Shown here in pieces: positions 47,122-57,783 of a stretch of 63,061 bases of DNA. Position 1 is the stretch's first letter. The number at the start of each line of letters is the position of its first letter. The notes below the pieces were generated by a model. The model was not told where the DNA came from. It saw only the letters and a list, made by a program, of their open reading frames with translations, and made no database searches. Origin of the DNA: an uncultured Clostridia bacterium (GTDB lineage Bacteria; Bacillota; Clostridia; TANB77; CAG-508); contig CALXQP010000009.1 in NCBI GenBank assembly GCA_944390695.1, forward strand, positions 1 through 63,061, given 5' to 3'. A program made the translations under genes and the position numbers.

Positions 47122-49263
47122 TTGAATAATAGAATAAGTTTAAATAAAGAAACACCATGGGAAAAAGAAATTGGAGATGACAAAACAAATTTTAGATTTA
47201 ATATAATAACAATTTTTACATATATTATTGGAATTGTATTGATTGCTCAATTATTCAATTTGCAAGTTGTAAATGGAGAAAGCTATAGGGAACAGTCAAA
47301 TACAAGACTATCAAGAGTATCTACAATAAAAGCTGCTAGAGGATCTATTGTTGATAGATCAGGTAATGAACTTGCTGGGGTAAAAACTGAAAATAATATA
47401 GAAATTTATAAAACAAATATATCAAATGATGAGTTAAATAAATCTCTTTTAAATTTAGTTAATTTATTAGATAAATATCAAATACCATATGAGGACAAAT
47501 TTCCAATAAAAATAAATCCATTTGAATTCACAATAGAAGGAGAAGAATTATCTGATTGGAAAGAAAAATATAAAATTGATGAAAACGCAACTCCTGAAGA
47601 AGCTTTTTATGAGTTTAAAGATAAATATAAAATATCAAGTGAAAATGTTGAAGATATGAGAAAAATAATGGTACTTAGATATTTAATTGCAACAACTGGT
47701 TATAGTGCGACAAAATCAATAACAATAGCACAAAATGTTAATGAAGAAGTAGTTGCACAAATAAGTGAAAGAAATAGTGACTTCCCTGGAATAAGTATAT
47801 CAACAAAAGCAGGGAGAACTTATTTGCAAGGCAGTTTAGCTGCACATGTATTAGGATATACAGGAAAAATAACTGATGAAGAATATAAAGAGAAAAAAGA
47901 TGAATATGATATAGATGATATAATTGGAAAAACAGGAATAGAATATTTATTTGAAAAATATTTAAAAGGACAAGATGGAGAAAAACAAGTAGAGATGTCA
48001 GTTGATGGAACTATAACAGGAGAATATGTTTCAGAAAATGCTATTGCAGGAAGTGATGTTGTACTTACAATAGATTCAAATTTACAAAAAGTAACAGAAA
48101 CAGCATTAGAAAATTGTATAAACAAAATTAAAAGTGGAGGTTTTGCAGAAACTTATGATGCTAAAGGTGGTGCAGCTGTTGTTATGGATGTAAATACAGG
48201 AGAGGTTATGGCAACTGCAAGTTATCCAACATATGAACCACAATGGTTTGTTGGTGGAATATCACAAGAACATTGGGCATATCTAAGAGATAATGAGGCA
48301 CATCCACAAATAAATAAAGCTATTCAAGCAACATATGAGCCTGGATCAATATTTAAAATGATAACAGCAATTGCTGGCTTAGAAACAGGCACAATTACTA
48401 CAAAAGAAAAAATAAATGATACAGGTGTATATAGAAAATATAAAGATTATCAACCAAAATGTTGGTATTATACAAGTTATCATAGAGGTCATGGATATTT
48501 AAATGTAACACAAGCATTACAACATTCATGTAATTACTTCTTTTATGAAACAAGTGATAGAATGGGAATAGAACCAATAACAAAATATGCTTTACATTTT
48601 GGATTAGGTAAAAAAACAGGTATAGAATTACCTAGCGAATCAGCTGGAATAGTAGCTTCAAAAGAAGGACAACAATTATGGACACCTGGTAGAACTCTTC
48701 AATCTGCAATAGGACAAGGTGATAATAATTTTACACCTATGCAAATTGCAAAATATATTTCATCAATTGCAAATGGAGGAACTGTTGTAAATCCAACTAT
48801 TATAAAATCAGTATTAAAATCAGATGGTACAGAAATACCAAAAGATGAAATAAGAGCATATACTAATGAAAAACTAGGAGTAGATACATCAGATGATGGA
48901 TTAGTTATAAGTCCAGAAAGTATAGCAGTTGCTAAAGAAGGAATGAGAATGGCAGCAAGTGAAGCAGGAGGAACAGCATATAGAGTTTTTAAGAACTTTA
49001 ATATTGAAGTTGCTGGTAAAACAGGTTCTGCAGAAGCGGGAACTGATAAAAATGGAAAAGATATTGTAAATGCTTGGTTCGTATGTTTTGCACCATTTGA
49101 AAAACCAGAAGTTGCTGTTGTTGTAATGATAGAAAATGGAGGACATGGTAATTATGCTGCTGAAGTTGCAAGAGATGTACTTGCTCAATATTTTGGAATG
49201 AATGAATCAACTGAAGTTAATGAAAGTATAACAGCAATACCTTTTGTTGAACAAATGAGGTAG
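47122..49263 (+). CDS. mrdA: Penicillin-binding protein 2 (elongation transpeptidase)
   Basis: 713 aa with a TM anchor, PBP dimerisation domain, SxxK (the residues following EPGSIFK), SxN-type region and KTGSAE motifs. TTG start. Confidence 0.9.
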   Translation: MNNRISLNKETPWEKEIGDDKTNFRFNIITIFTYIIGIVLIAQLFNLQVVNGESYREQSNTRLSRVSTIKAARGSIVDRSGNELAGVKTENNIEIYKTNISNDELNKSLLNLVNLLDKYQIPYEDKFPIKINPFEFTIEGEELSDWKEKYKIDENATPEEAFYEFKDKYKISSENVEDMRKIMVLRYLIATTGYSATKSITIAQNVNEEVVAQISERNSDFPGISISTKAGRTYLQGSLAAHVLGYTGKITDEEYKEKKDEYDIDDIIGKTGIEYLFEKYLKGQDGEKQVEMSVDGTITGEYVSENAIAGSDVVLTIDSNLQKVTETALENCINKIKSGGFAETYDAKGGAAVVMDVNTGEVMATASYPTYEPQWFVGGISQEHWAYLRDNEAHPQINKAIQATYEPGSIFKMITAIAGLETGTITTKEKINDTGVYRKYKDYQPKCWYYTSYHRGHGYLNVTQALQHSCNYFFYETSDRMGIEPITKYALHFGLGKKTGIELPSESAGIVASKEGQQLWTPGRTLQSAIGQGDNNFTPMQIAKYISSIANGGTVVNPTIIKSVLKSDGTEIPKDEIRAYTNEKLGVDTSDDGLVISPESIAVAKEGMRMAASEAGGTAYRVFKNFNIEVAGKTGSAEAGTDKNGKDIVNAWFVCFAPFEKPEVAVVVMIENGGHGNYAAEVARDVLAQYFGMNESTEVNESITAIPFVEQMR

Positions 49264-49285
49264 ATAAAAGAAAGGATGTTTAATA

Positions 49286-49900
49286 ATGAATGGTGTTAGT
49301 GTGAACTTAAGAACTGATGAAGTAGTAATAAAAATTGAAGATAATGTAACACAAGAAAAAATATTATTGGAATTAGTAAAAAAAGTAAGAGCTTTAAAAA
49401 AGATGTATCAAGAAGAAAAAACACCTATAAGAGTTACTGGTAAAATATTAAAAAATAAAGAAATAGAAGAAATAAGGCAGATTATAAAAAAAGAGATAGA
49501 TGTAGAAGTAAGATTTGATAGCCCTACAACGTTAGGGCTACATAGTATAACACGAAGTTATAAAAGAAATGTTTGCACATCTGAGACAACTTTTCATAAA
49601 GGTTCTTTGCGTTCTGGGCAAAAAATTGAAGTTGATGGAAGTATTGTTGTAATTGGAGATGTAAATTCTGGTGCTGAAGTTATTGCAACAGATAATATTA
49701 TTGTTGTTGGTAATCTTAGAGGTCTTGCACATGCAGGAGCTAAGGGAAATAAAGAAGCCATTATTAGTGCTAGTACATTAGATGTCGTCCAATTACGTAT
49801 TTCTAATATTGTTAGAGAAATCAATAAAGATGAAGAAGATATGATTAAACATGCTTATGTGTTTGTTGTTGGAGAAGAAATTGTAATTGATACTTTTTAA
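49286..49900 (+). CDS. minC: Septum site-determining protein MinC
   Basis: 204 aa. The C-terminal beta-helix repeats GSLRSGQKIEVDGSIVVIGDVNSGAEVIATDNIIVVGNLRGLAHAG are present. Confidence 0.85.
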   Translation: MNGVSVNLRTDEVVIKIEDNVTQEKILLELVKKVRALKKMYQEEKTPIRVTGKILKNKEIEEIRQIIKKEIDVEVRFDSPTTLGLHSITRSYKRNVCTSETTFHKGSLRSGQKIEVDGSIVVIGDVNSGAEVIATDNIIVVGNLRGLAHAGAKGNKEAIISASTLDVVQLRISNIVREINKDEEDMIKHAYVFVVGEEIVIDTF

Positions 49901-49901
49901 T

Positions 49902-50258
49902 TTAACTTATAAGCAACATAATTAGAGCTAAAAATAATCCTTCATCTTTAACTTCTTCATTATATAAAAAATATAAAAGACCAAGAATAAGAACATCATC
50001 AAAATATAATTTAATACCAAATAAATCAAGCCAAACAACATCATTAGGTTTCTTATGTTTTTGATTATTAGTTTGTTGAACTTGATTATATTGAACAGGC
50101 TCAGTTACTTGATGTGGTTGACAAATATTTGATTGTGGCTGAGAATGTGAATTTTGATAATTTTGAGTATTATAATATTGATTCATTTTAGCTTTAGAAT
50201 AATAGTAAGGATGGTAATATTGAAAAGGGAAGCCATATCCACTAGGGAATCTAGTCAT
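49902..50258 (-). CDS. Hypothetical protein, Q/N/Y-rich N-terminus with a hydrophobic C-terminal segment
   Basis: 118 aa. A GGAGGA RBS is present and the gene is co-directional with, and 14 nt downstream of, the preceding ORF. Confidence 0.55.
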   Translation of the reverse strand: MTRFPSGYGFPFQYYHPYYYSKAKMNQYYNTQNYQNSHSQPQSNICQPHQVTEPVQYNQVQQTNNQKHKKPNDVVWLDLFGIKLYFDDVLILGLLYFLYNEEVKDEGLFLALIMLLIS

Positions 50259-50272
50259 TTATAATTCCTCCA

Positions 50273-50758
50273 TTATTTATTCTTATCATTATTATTGTTA
50301 TTATGATTCATAATATCAGTAATTTTTGATATATTAAGTAAATTTACATATTGATCAACTTTATCTTTTTTACTATCTCTTAAATATGGTTTTAAAGAAT
50401 AAAGAAGATTAGATCTAGGGTCATTTTTATTATTCATTTGATCCATTATTGATTTCATTTTCATAATAGTATTCATATCAAGATTGAAATTATTTCCATT
50501 ACTTGAATTAGAAGAATTTTGATTGCTGGAATTAAGCATATTACTTAAATTACTAATCATTTCAGGAGATACTTGATTTAATAAATTACTTAAATCTTGG
50601 CTAGAATTTGAGTTGTTTGTGTTTTTATTATAATTATTATTTGAACCATTAGAAGAATTTTGTAAATTATTCATCATTTGTTGGATGTCATTTGGTATAG
50701 TGCCATTATCAACCATTTTTTTAACATTTGCAAGTAAGTCATCCATATTATTTGACAT
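50273..50758 (-). CDS. Hypothetical Asn/Ser-rich protein
   Basis: About 161 aa from ATG 50758, after AGAGGTGA. Low-complexity N/S core with a conserved-looking C-terminal LLYSLKPYLRDSKKDKVDQYV. Confidence 0.55.
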   Translation of the reverse strand: MSNNMDDLLANVKKMVDNGTIPNDIQQMMNNLQNSSNGSNNNYNKNTNNSNSSQDLSNLLNQVSPEMISNLSNMLNSSNQNSSNSSNGNNFNLDMNTIMKMKSIMDQMNNKNDPRSNLLYSLKPYLRDSKKDKVDQYVNLLNISKITDIMNHNNNNNDKNK

Positions 50759-51018
50759 ATTATCACCTCTAAACAATTTATGCTTTTTATTTTATTATAT
50801 GTTTAAAATGAGATATGGTGAATAAATATTTTTAGAAATCTATAAAAAAACTTGTAATTTTCGACAATCTATAATAAAATAGAAAACACAAAACATAGAA
50901 AAATAAGAGGATAAAAAAACAAATATCACATAATGTAAAAAACTTTTTTGAGACAGAATACCAAAAAAGACAAAAAATACGGAAGAAAAGGATTAAAATA
51001 TTACATGAGGTGGTAAGG

Positions 51019-53421
51019 ATGTCAAAAAATAACAAAGGAACAGAAATACTTAAAAATTTGGTAAATTTTAAAAATATAATTATATATATAATATCATTTA
51101 TGATATCAACAATTGATATGGGACAAGAAGTTTCACCTTTTAGTATTGCAATAGTTGGAGCTTCTTTATCAGGTGGTGTTCCTGCAGTAGTTGTTGTATT
51201 AACAGGACTTTTAGGTAATATTATAGGTGTAGGAACAGTAGGAGGATTAAATTATATATTAATAATATTAATGTTATTAATATTAATATGTATAAAACCT
51301 CCAAAAGAGAATGACCAATATAAAAATGAACAAATACAAATAGCTGGACATATATTTGTAAGTGTATTATTAGTAATGATAGCAAAATTATTATTAACTA
51401 AATTTACAATTGGAGATATGTTATTACATATAACATTAGCAATATTTTCAGTAGTATTTTATAAAATATTTGTAAATTCTTTAGTAGTTATACAAGAAAT
51501 TGCAGAAAAAAGAGTATTTTCTATAGAAGAAGTAATTGGAGCAAGTTTATTAATATCTGTCGCTATATCTGCTTTAGGAGATTTTACAATATTAGGCTTA
51601 TCAGTAAGAAATATTTTAAGTATATTAATTGTATTAATATTGGGCTGGAAAAATGGAATATTAGTTGGTGCAACAACAGGTGTAACAATAGGTGCTACAC
51701 TTGGGATAATTGCTCAAAATAATCCTATTATAGTTGCAGTATATGCTATTTCAGGAATGATAGCAGGTGTTTTAAATAAATTTGGAAGACCTGGTGTAAT
51801 AATAGGTTTTTTAATTGGAAATCTGTTATTAATTTATGCAGCAAATGGAGATACATCAAATGTAATCATATTTAAAGAAATTTTAATTGCTTCACTAGGG
51901 CTACTTGCAATTCCAAAAAGTGCTGGAATAAATGTTGAAGAATTAGTTAAAAGTGATAATATGCTTCCTGAATATAGTAAAAAAGGATTGGAACAGAGTA
52001 AAGAAGCAATAAATCAATTAAATGTGGTTTCAGAAACAATTAAAGATATGGCAGAAACATATCAAGAAAAAAATGAGACAAACTTATATTTTAAAAATAG
52101 AGATTCTTTTATAACAGAATTATTAAATAATTTAGACGGATTAGAAGAAAATATTCTTTATGAAGATATGTCAAAACCAGATAATAAAATTGTATATGAC
52201 TTATTTGACATTTTATTAGATAAACAAGAAATTGATAAAAATGATTTATTAAAAACATTTGCTAAATTTAATAATTATATTGTTCAATATGATAATAAAA
52301 ATATTAGTAAAAAAATGAATGAAAATATAGAGCAAATTGTTAAAGCTGTAAATTATGCATATAAAACAAGTAAATCGAATTTCATTTGGGAAGAAAAGGT
52401 TAAATCAAGCAAGAAAAATGTACAAGCACAATTAGATGGTGTTTCAAAAGCTATTTCAAGTATTGCTGTTAAAATAAAAGAAGATATTGAACAAGATGAA
52501 AATTTTACTGAAGAAAAAAAGAAAATTATTTCAGCACTTGAAATAAAAGAAATTTTAGTTGAAGGAATTGAAATTAATAAAAAAGATAATAGATATTTTA
52601 TAGATGTATATTTAAGAGAAGATAGTAAAATAAGTGAAAATACAGATGCTGATAAAATACAAAAAGTATTAGAAAAAAGTTTGAATGAAAAATTAATGAA
52701 AAATGATGCAAAAACTAAAAAACTTAATAAAACAGGAAAAAGGATATTTAGTTATTTATCAGAAGATAAGTATATAATTCAAATAGGACAAGCTTCAAAA
52801 ATTAAAAATGATAGCCCTGTTTCTGGTGATAGTATGTTGCAAATAAGATTAAATGATGGAAAATATCTACTAGCTTTAAGTGATGGAATGGGCTCAGGAC
52901 CTGAAGCGAGAAAAAGTAGTCAAATTGCTATTAAAATGCTTGAAAGATTACTCATGTCTGGTTTTGATAAAGATACTTCAATTGATTTGATAAATACTAC
53001 TATTATGAATGCAAATGAGGAAATTTTTGCAACTTTAGATATTGCAATTATAGATTTATATAATGGAAAAATAGAGTTTATAAAAAATGGAGCATGCCCA
53101 ACATATATTAAAAATAATAAAAAAGTTCAAATAGTTAAATCTTTGAGCCTTCCGGCAGGAATCTTAAATAATATTAATTTAACTACATATGATAAAGATA
53201 TTCAAGATCAAGATATTTTGGCTATGTGTAGTGATGGAATAATAGATTCTAATGTGGAATATAAAAATAAAGAACTTTGGGTTAAATATATGTTAGAAGA
53301 TATAGAAACTGAAAATTGTCAAAAAATTGCAGATATTATTTTAAATGAATCAATTGATAATAATTACGGAATTGCTAAAGATGATATGAGTATAATTATA
53401 TGTAAGTTAACAAGAAAATAA
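51019..53421 (+). CDS. spoIIE: Stage II sporulation protein E (PP2C phosphatase)
   Basis: About 800 aa with ~10 N-terminal TM segments, a central regulatory region and a C-terminal PP2C domain (SGDSMLQ..LALSDGMGSGPEA..). Confidence 0.9.
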   Translation: MSKNNKGTEILKNLVNFKNIIIYIISFMISTIDMGQEVSPFSIAIVGASLSGGVPAVVVVLTGLLGNIIGVGTVGGLNYILIILMLLILICIKPPKENDQYKNEQIQIAGHIFVSVLLVMIAKLLLTKFTIGDMLLHITLAIFSVVFYKIFVNSLVVIQEIAEKRVFSIEEVIGASLLISVAISALGDFTILGLSVRNILSILIVLILGWKNGILVGATTGVTIGATLGIIAQNNPIIVAVYAISGMIAGVLNKFGRPGVIIGFLIGNLLLIYAANGDTSNVIIFKEILIASLGLLAIPKSAGINVEELVKSDNMLPEYSKKGLEQSKEAINQLNVVSETIKDMAETYQEKNETNLYFKNRDSFITELLNNLDGLEENILYEDMSKPDNKIVYDLFDILLDKQEIDKNDLLKTFAKFNNYIVQYDNKNISKKMNENIEQIVKAVNYAYKTSKSNFIWEEKVKSSKKNVQAQLDGVSKAISSIAVKIKEDIEQDENFTEEKKKIISALEIKEILVEGIEINKKDNRYFIDVYLREDSKISENTDADKIQKVLEKSLNEKLMKNDAKTKKLNKTGKRIFSYLSEDKYIIQIGQASKIKNDSPVSGDSMLQIRLNDGKYLLALSDGMGSGPEARKSSQIAIKMLERLLMSGFDKDTSIDLINTTIMNANEEIFATLDIAIIDLYNGKIEFIKNGACPTYIKNNKKVQIVKSLSLPAGILNNINLTTYDKDIQDQDILAMCSDGIIDSNVEYKNKELWVKYMLEDIETENCQKIADIILNESIDNNYGIAKDDMSIIICKLTRK

Positions 53422-53700
53422 GAATATTATAGATAAAGTCCATTTGTAGAGGCTATAGTTATTCAAACTTATATAGAACGTTACAAATAGATGAAAATTT
53501 TGAAAATTTAAAACAGAAAAAGCTTTAGATTTAGAAATAAGTCTAAGGCTTATTTTAATGGGAATTTTTTATCTACATTATCAATTGTACTTTTTTCTTT
53601 AAAATTAACAAAAAAAGAATATTTGAATTAAAAATTGCTTGTAAGTTATAATAATTTGTGATATAGTGTATATGTGAAAAAATATAATTTGGAGGTACAT

Positions 53701-55209
53701 ATGGCAAGGGGAAAAAGATATGAAACAGAAGGAAAGCTGAACTATAAAAAAGTATTTGCAGTAATAATTGCAATAGCAGTTTTTGTAATGATCATATTTA
53801 TGGTAAGAAATGTATTAAATGAAAGAGAAAAAATAAATAGAGATAATAAATATTTTGCATTATATGCAAATAAAAAATGGGGAGTAATAAATCAAGAAGG
53901 AGAAGAAATAATAGAGCCAGCATATCAAGAAATGATAGTTATTCCCAATAATACAAGAGATGTATTTATATGTACATATGATATAAATGAAGAAACAGGT
54001 GAATATAAAACAAAAGCAATAAATAGTAAAAATGAAGAAATATTAACAGGATATGAACAAATAGAAGTATTACAAAATATAGATAAAAATGGTAATACAT
54101 GGTATGAAGAAAATATATTAAGAATAAAAAAAGACGGAAAATATGGATTAATAGATCTAAATGGAAAAGAATTAATACCTACAGAATATGATGAAATTAC
54201 TGTTTTAAGTGAAATGGAAAATAGTATATTAATCAAAAAAGAAGAAAAAGTTGGTTTAGTTAATGATAATGGAAGTATAATAATTGAGCCAAATTATAAA
54301 GATATAAAAAGCTTAGGAACAACATATAAAGATGGGTATATCACAATAGATGAAAATGATAAATATGGAGTAATAAGTGCAACTAAAAAACAAATATTAG
54401 AAAATGAATATGAAGAAATTTCTCAAAAATATTTAGGAGAATATTATTTGGTAAAAGAAGAGGGAAAACTAAAACTAATTAATTCTTCTGGAGAAACAAT
54501 ATTAGAAGAAGGATTTGATGATATAAAATCTGTTACATCAAAAGGTGTTATATTTGTAAAAGATAATATATGTGGAGAAATGGATAAAGAAGGAAATATA
54601 TTAATAGATGCTGAATATCAAGATTTAAGAGAAGTAAGAGATGGAATTTATGTTGCAAAACAAAATGATTCATATGGAATAATAGATTCAGACCAAAATA
54701 TTAAATTAAATTTTGATTATACAGGAATAACTTATAATGAAGACTCAAATTTATTTTTAGCAGAAGATCTTGAATATAAAACATCAATAATTGATGAAAA
54801 CTTTGATGTAAAAGTAATGGGAATACTTACAGAAATGAATACTGATAAATCATATATAAGAATGAGAATAGGTGATGAATATAAATATTATGATTTAAAA
54901 GGTGAAGAAAAGCAAAATACAGAGATATTAAAAGATAATAAAATATTTTTAAGTAAAAAAGACGGAAAATATGGATATGTAGACTCAAAGGGTAATGAAA
55001 TAACAGAATTCATATATGATGATGCAACAGAACAAAATGAATATGGATTTGTAGCAGTTAAAAAAGATGGATTATGGGGCTCATTAGATGAAAATGGAAA
55101 AGAAGTAATTTCACCTAAATATAATTTGGAAGAAAATTTGCAAATTGACTTTATAGGTAAATGGCATTTAGGTGAAGATTTAAATATGAATTATTATTGT
55201 GATAAATAA
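53701..55209 (+). CDS. WG/KWG-repeat protein with N-terminal TM anchor
   Basis: Repeated ..KYGLIDLNGKELIPTEYDEI.. / ..KYGVI.. / ..KYGYVDSKGNEI.. modules are typical of WG-containing repeats. ATG follows GGAGG. Confidence 0.75.
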   Translation: MARGKRYETEGKLNYKKVFAVIIAIAVFVMIIFMVRNVLNEREKINRDNKYFALYANKKWGVINQEGEEIIEPAYQEMIVIPNNTRDVFICTYDINEETGEYKTKAINSKNEEILTGYEQIEVLQNIDKNGNTWYEENILRIKKDGKYGLIDLNGKELIPTEYDEITVLSEMENSILIKKEEKVGLVNDNGSIIIEPNYKDIKSLGTTYKDGYITIDENDKYGVISATKKQILENEYEEISQKYLGEYYLVKEEGKLKLINSSGETILEEGFDDIKSVTSKGVIFVKDNICGEMDKEGNILIDAEYQDLREVRDGIYVAKQNDSYGIIDSDQNIKLNFDYTGITYNEDSNLFLAEDLEYKTSIIDENFDVKVMGILTEMNTDKSYIRMRIGDEYKYYDLKGEEKQNTEILKDNKIFLSKKDGKYGYVDSKGNEITEFIYDDATEQNEYGFVAVKKDGLWGSLDENGKEVISPKYNLEENLQIDFIGKWHLGEDLNMNYYCDK

Positions 55210-55265
55210 TATAACAAATAATAAAAAATAAAATTTAATATACCTTGAGAAAGGATGAACTAAAA

Positions 55266-56495
55266 ATGGAGCTAAAGACAAAATATCAATATACATACTT
55301 TATATATCCTTATGTTATAAAGGAAAGTAAATATATAAAATATTTATTAAGATTATTAAAAGATAAAAATTGTAAATTAAGAATATTTAGAAAAGATAAA
55401 GATTTAGGAATATATTCATATTTTACACATAGAGCAAGAGATTATATGTTTAATAGTTTTAATTATAATAAAACTAAATTAACTAGATTAGATGAATTAC
55501 CATTAGATACAAAAGCAGCTATATTAGCTAAAAATCCTTGCACAATTTTTGAATATGAAATAAAAAAAGATATTCAAGGGAAAACAGAAGATAGAAATGG
55601 TATATTTTTTAAAATTCCTAAAGTAGAGATAATTTGTTTTAATACAGGAATCTGTTTTTTGTGTATAAAAACAAATATAGAAGAAAGTGACAAATTCGCA
55701 GATGTATTAAATTTTAATTATAAATTCAGAGATATAAATCAAGAATTTGCAAGTTTGAATAATTATGACAATATAAGAGTACAAACAGATCTTTTTGATG
55801 ATGTAAAATATTTTAGAGAATTTATAGAAGGTCTAACAGGTCCAACAACTGAATCAATGAAACTTGAAATTGATACAGAAAGATTTTTAACATATTCATA
55901 TGTATGTATAGATCAAGAAGCTTGGAATAATACAAATGAATTTGATAAAATATATGGAAATTATATGAAATTTTTAAATATTTTGCCAAGTGATAATAGT
56001 GTAAATTATTCAAAAGATGATATGAAAATAATTTCGAAATGGAAATATGCAAAACTTGGAGTAACTAAACAAGGTGTTACATTATTTGCCTCAAGTTGTG
56101 ATATAAATAATTATACAGTATTTCCACAAGAATTCCAAGAACAATATTTATATTCATATATATTGGCAATTTATACAAAACTATATTTAAAAAAGATAAA
56201 TTTAGATTTTAAACAAGGGACAAAAATAAATAAAACTAGAAAAGAATTTATAGAATTTACCCAAAATTTATGGATAAATGAAATAACAATAGAAGATACA
56301 GGTTCTATGTTTTATCAATATTTAAAAGATGTATTAGAACTTAATACAATCTATTTTGATACAAAAAATAAATATGATATTTTATATAAAGAAATGAATA
56401 TTGAAAAAAGTGCTAAAAATAATACTATAATAACATTAATTCTTATAATTACACTTATAATTAATGCAATAAATATTTTGTTTTTAGCCAAATAA
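55266..56495 (+). CDS. Hypothetical protein with a single C-terminal TM helix (CorA/DUF155-like layout?)
   Basis: About 409 aa. A soluble N-terminal region is followed by a helical region and the terminal hydrophobic segment TIITLILIITLIINAINILFL. Family not assigned. Confidence 0.55.
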   Translation: MELKTKYQYTYFIYPYVIKESKYIKYLLRLLKDKNCKLRIFRKDKDLGIYSYFTHRARDYMFNSFNYNKTKLTRLDELPLDTKAAILAKNPCTIFEYEIKKDIQGKTEDRNGIFFKIPKVEIICFNTGICFLCIKTNIEESDKFADVLNFNYKFRDINQEFASLNNYDNIRVQTDLFDDVKYFREFIEGLTGPTTESMKLEIDTERFLTYSYVCIDQEAWNNTNEFDKIYGNYMKFLNILPSDNSVNYSKDDMKIISKWKYAKLGVTKQGVTLFASSCDINNYTVFPQEFQEQYLYSYILAIYTKLYLKKINLDFKQGTKINKTRKEFIEFTQNLWINEITIEDTGSMFYQYLKDVLELNTIYFDTKNKYDILYKEMNIEKSAKNNTIITLILIITLIINAINILFLAK

Positions 56496-56545
56496 CAACA
56501 AAATTATAAAATAAAAATAATTGCAGTCTGAAAGGTTAAAAAAAC

Positions 56546-56923
56546 ATGAAAATATGCACAGGAGTAGATATAATTGAAATAAGTAGAATAAAAGAAAGTA
56601 TAGAAAGTACAGAAGGAAAATTTTGCGAAAAAGTATATACTGAAAATGAAATAAAATATTGTGAAAGCAAAAAGGCTCAAAAATATCAGCATTATGCAGC
56701 AAGATTTGCTGCGAAAGAAGCTACATTTAAAGCAATATCATCAAATTTACAAAATAAATATAATATTGGTTGGAAAGATATAGAAATTTTAAATGATGAA
56801 AATGGAAGACCATTTGTGAAAATATTGAATGAAAAATTTAATAAATTATCCAATTTAATAGATATTAGTATTTCACATTGCAAAGAATATGCAGTTGCAA
56901 GTGTTATTATGGTTCAAATGTAA
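56546..56923 (+). CDS. acpS: Holo-[acyl-carrier-protein] synthase
   Basis: 125 aa with GVDIIEISRI, FAAKEATFKA and ISISHCKEYAVA motifs. Confidence 0.9.
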   Translation: MKICTGVDIIEISRIKESIESTEGKFCEKVYTENEIKYCESKKAQKYQHYAARFAAKEATFKAISSNLQNKYNIGWKDIEILNDENGRPFVKILNEKFNKLSNLIDISISHCKEYAVASVIMVQM

Positions 56924-56976
56924 AATGTAAGAGGGTTGAACAGATTTGTGTTTTGAGGAAGGAATGAATATTAATT

Positions 56977-57759
56977 ATGGAATTTTTTGATTCACATTCA
57001 CATTATAATGATGAAAAATTTGATGAAGATAGAGATAAAATTATAGAAGAAACATATAAATCTGGAATAACCAAAATTGTATGTGCAGGTTATAATATAA
57101 AATCATCTTTAATGTCATTAGAATTATCTAAAAAAAATGAATTTATTTATTCAATTTGTGGAATATCACCAAATGATATTCCACAATCTGAGCAAGAATT
57201 GTGGAAAGATATAGCTGAAATCACCAAAATAGTGACTCAAAATAAAAATAAAAAATTGGTTGCAATAGGAGAAATAGGATTAGATTATTATTGGAATAAA
57301 GAAAACAAGGAATTACAAAAACAAGCATTTATAAAACAAATAGGATTAGCAAATAAATTAAATTTGCCAATAGTAATACATTCTAGAGATGCATCTATAG
57401 ATACAATTGATATAATAAAAAATTATAAAGTTAATAAAACTGGAATTTTTCATTGCTGTCAACCAAACCAAGAAATGGTAAGACAAGCATTAGAATTAGG
57501 ATATTATATTTCTTTTGCAGGACCAATTACTTTTAAAAATGCAAAAAATTCAATAGATGTAGTAAAAATGGTTCCAATTGAAAAAATATTGATAGAAACA
57601 GATAGCCCTTATTTAAGCCCAGAGCCTAACAGAGGAAAAAGAAATGATTGTAGAAATGTAAAATTTGTTGCTCAGAAAATAGCAGATTTAAAAGAAATTT
57701 CTATAGAAGAAGTTGCTAAAATTACATATGAAAATACAATGAAGATATTTGGAATATAG
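56977..57759 (+). CDS. tatD: TatD-family metal-dependent DNase/hydrolase
   Basis: 260 aa with the FDSHSH start, GEIGLDYYW, HSRDA and ETDSPYL motifs. Confidence 0.9.
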   Translation: MEFFDSHSHYNDEKFDEDRDKIIEETYKSGITKIVCAGYNIKSSLMSLELSKKNEFIYSICGISPNDIPQSEQELWKDIAEITKIVTQNKNKKLVAIGEIGLDYYWNKENKELQKQAFIKQIGLANKLNLPIVIHSRDASIDTIDIIKNYKVNKTGIFHCCQPNQEMVRQALELGYYISFAGPITFKNAKNSIDVVKMVPIEKILIETDSPYLSPEPNRGKRNDCRNVKFVAQKIADLKEISIEEVAKITYENTMKIFGI

Positions 57760-57783
57760 TATAAACATATAAGGAGAGCAGCT

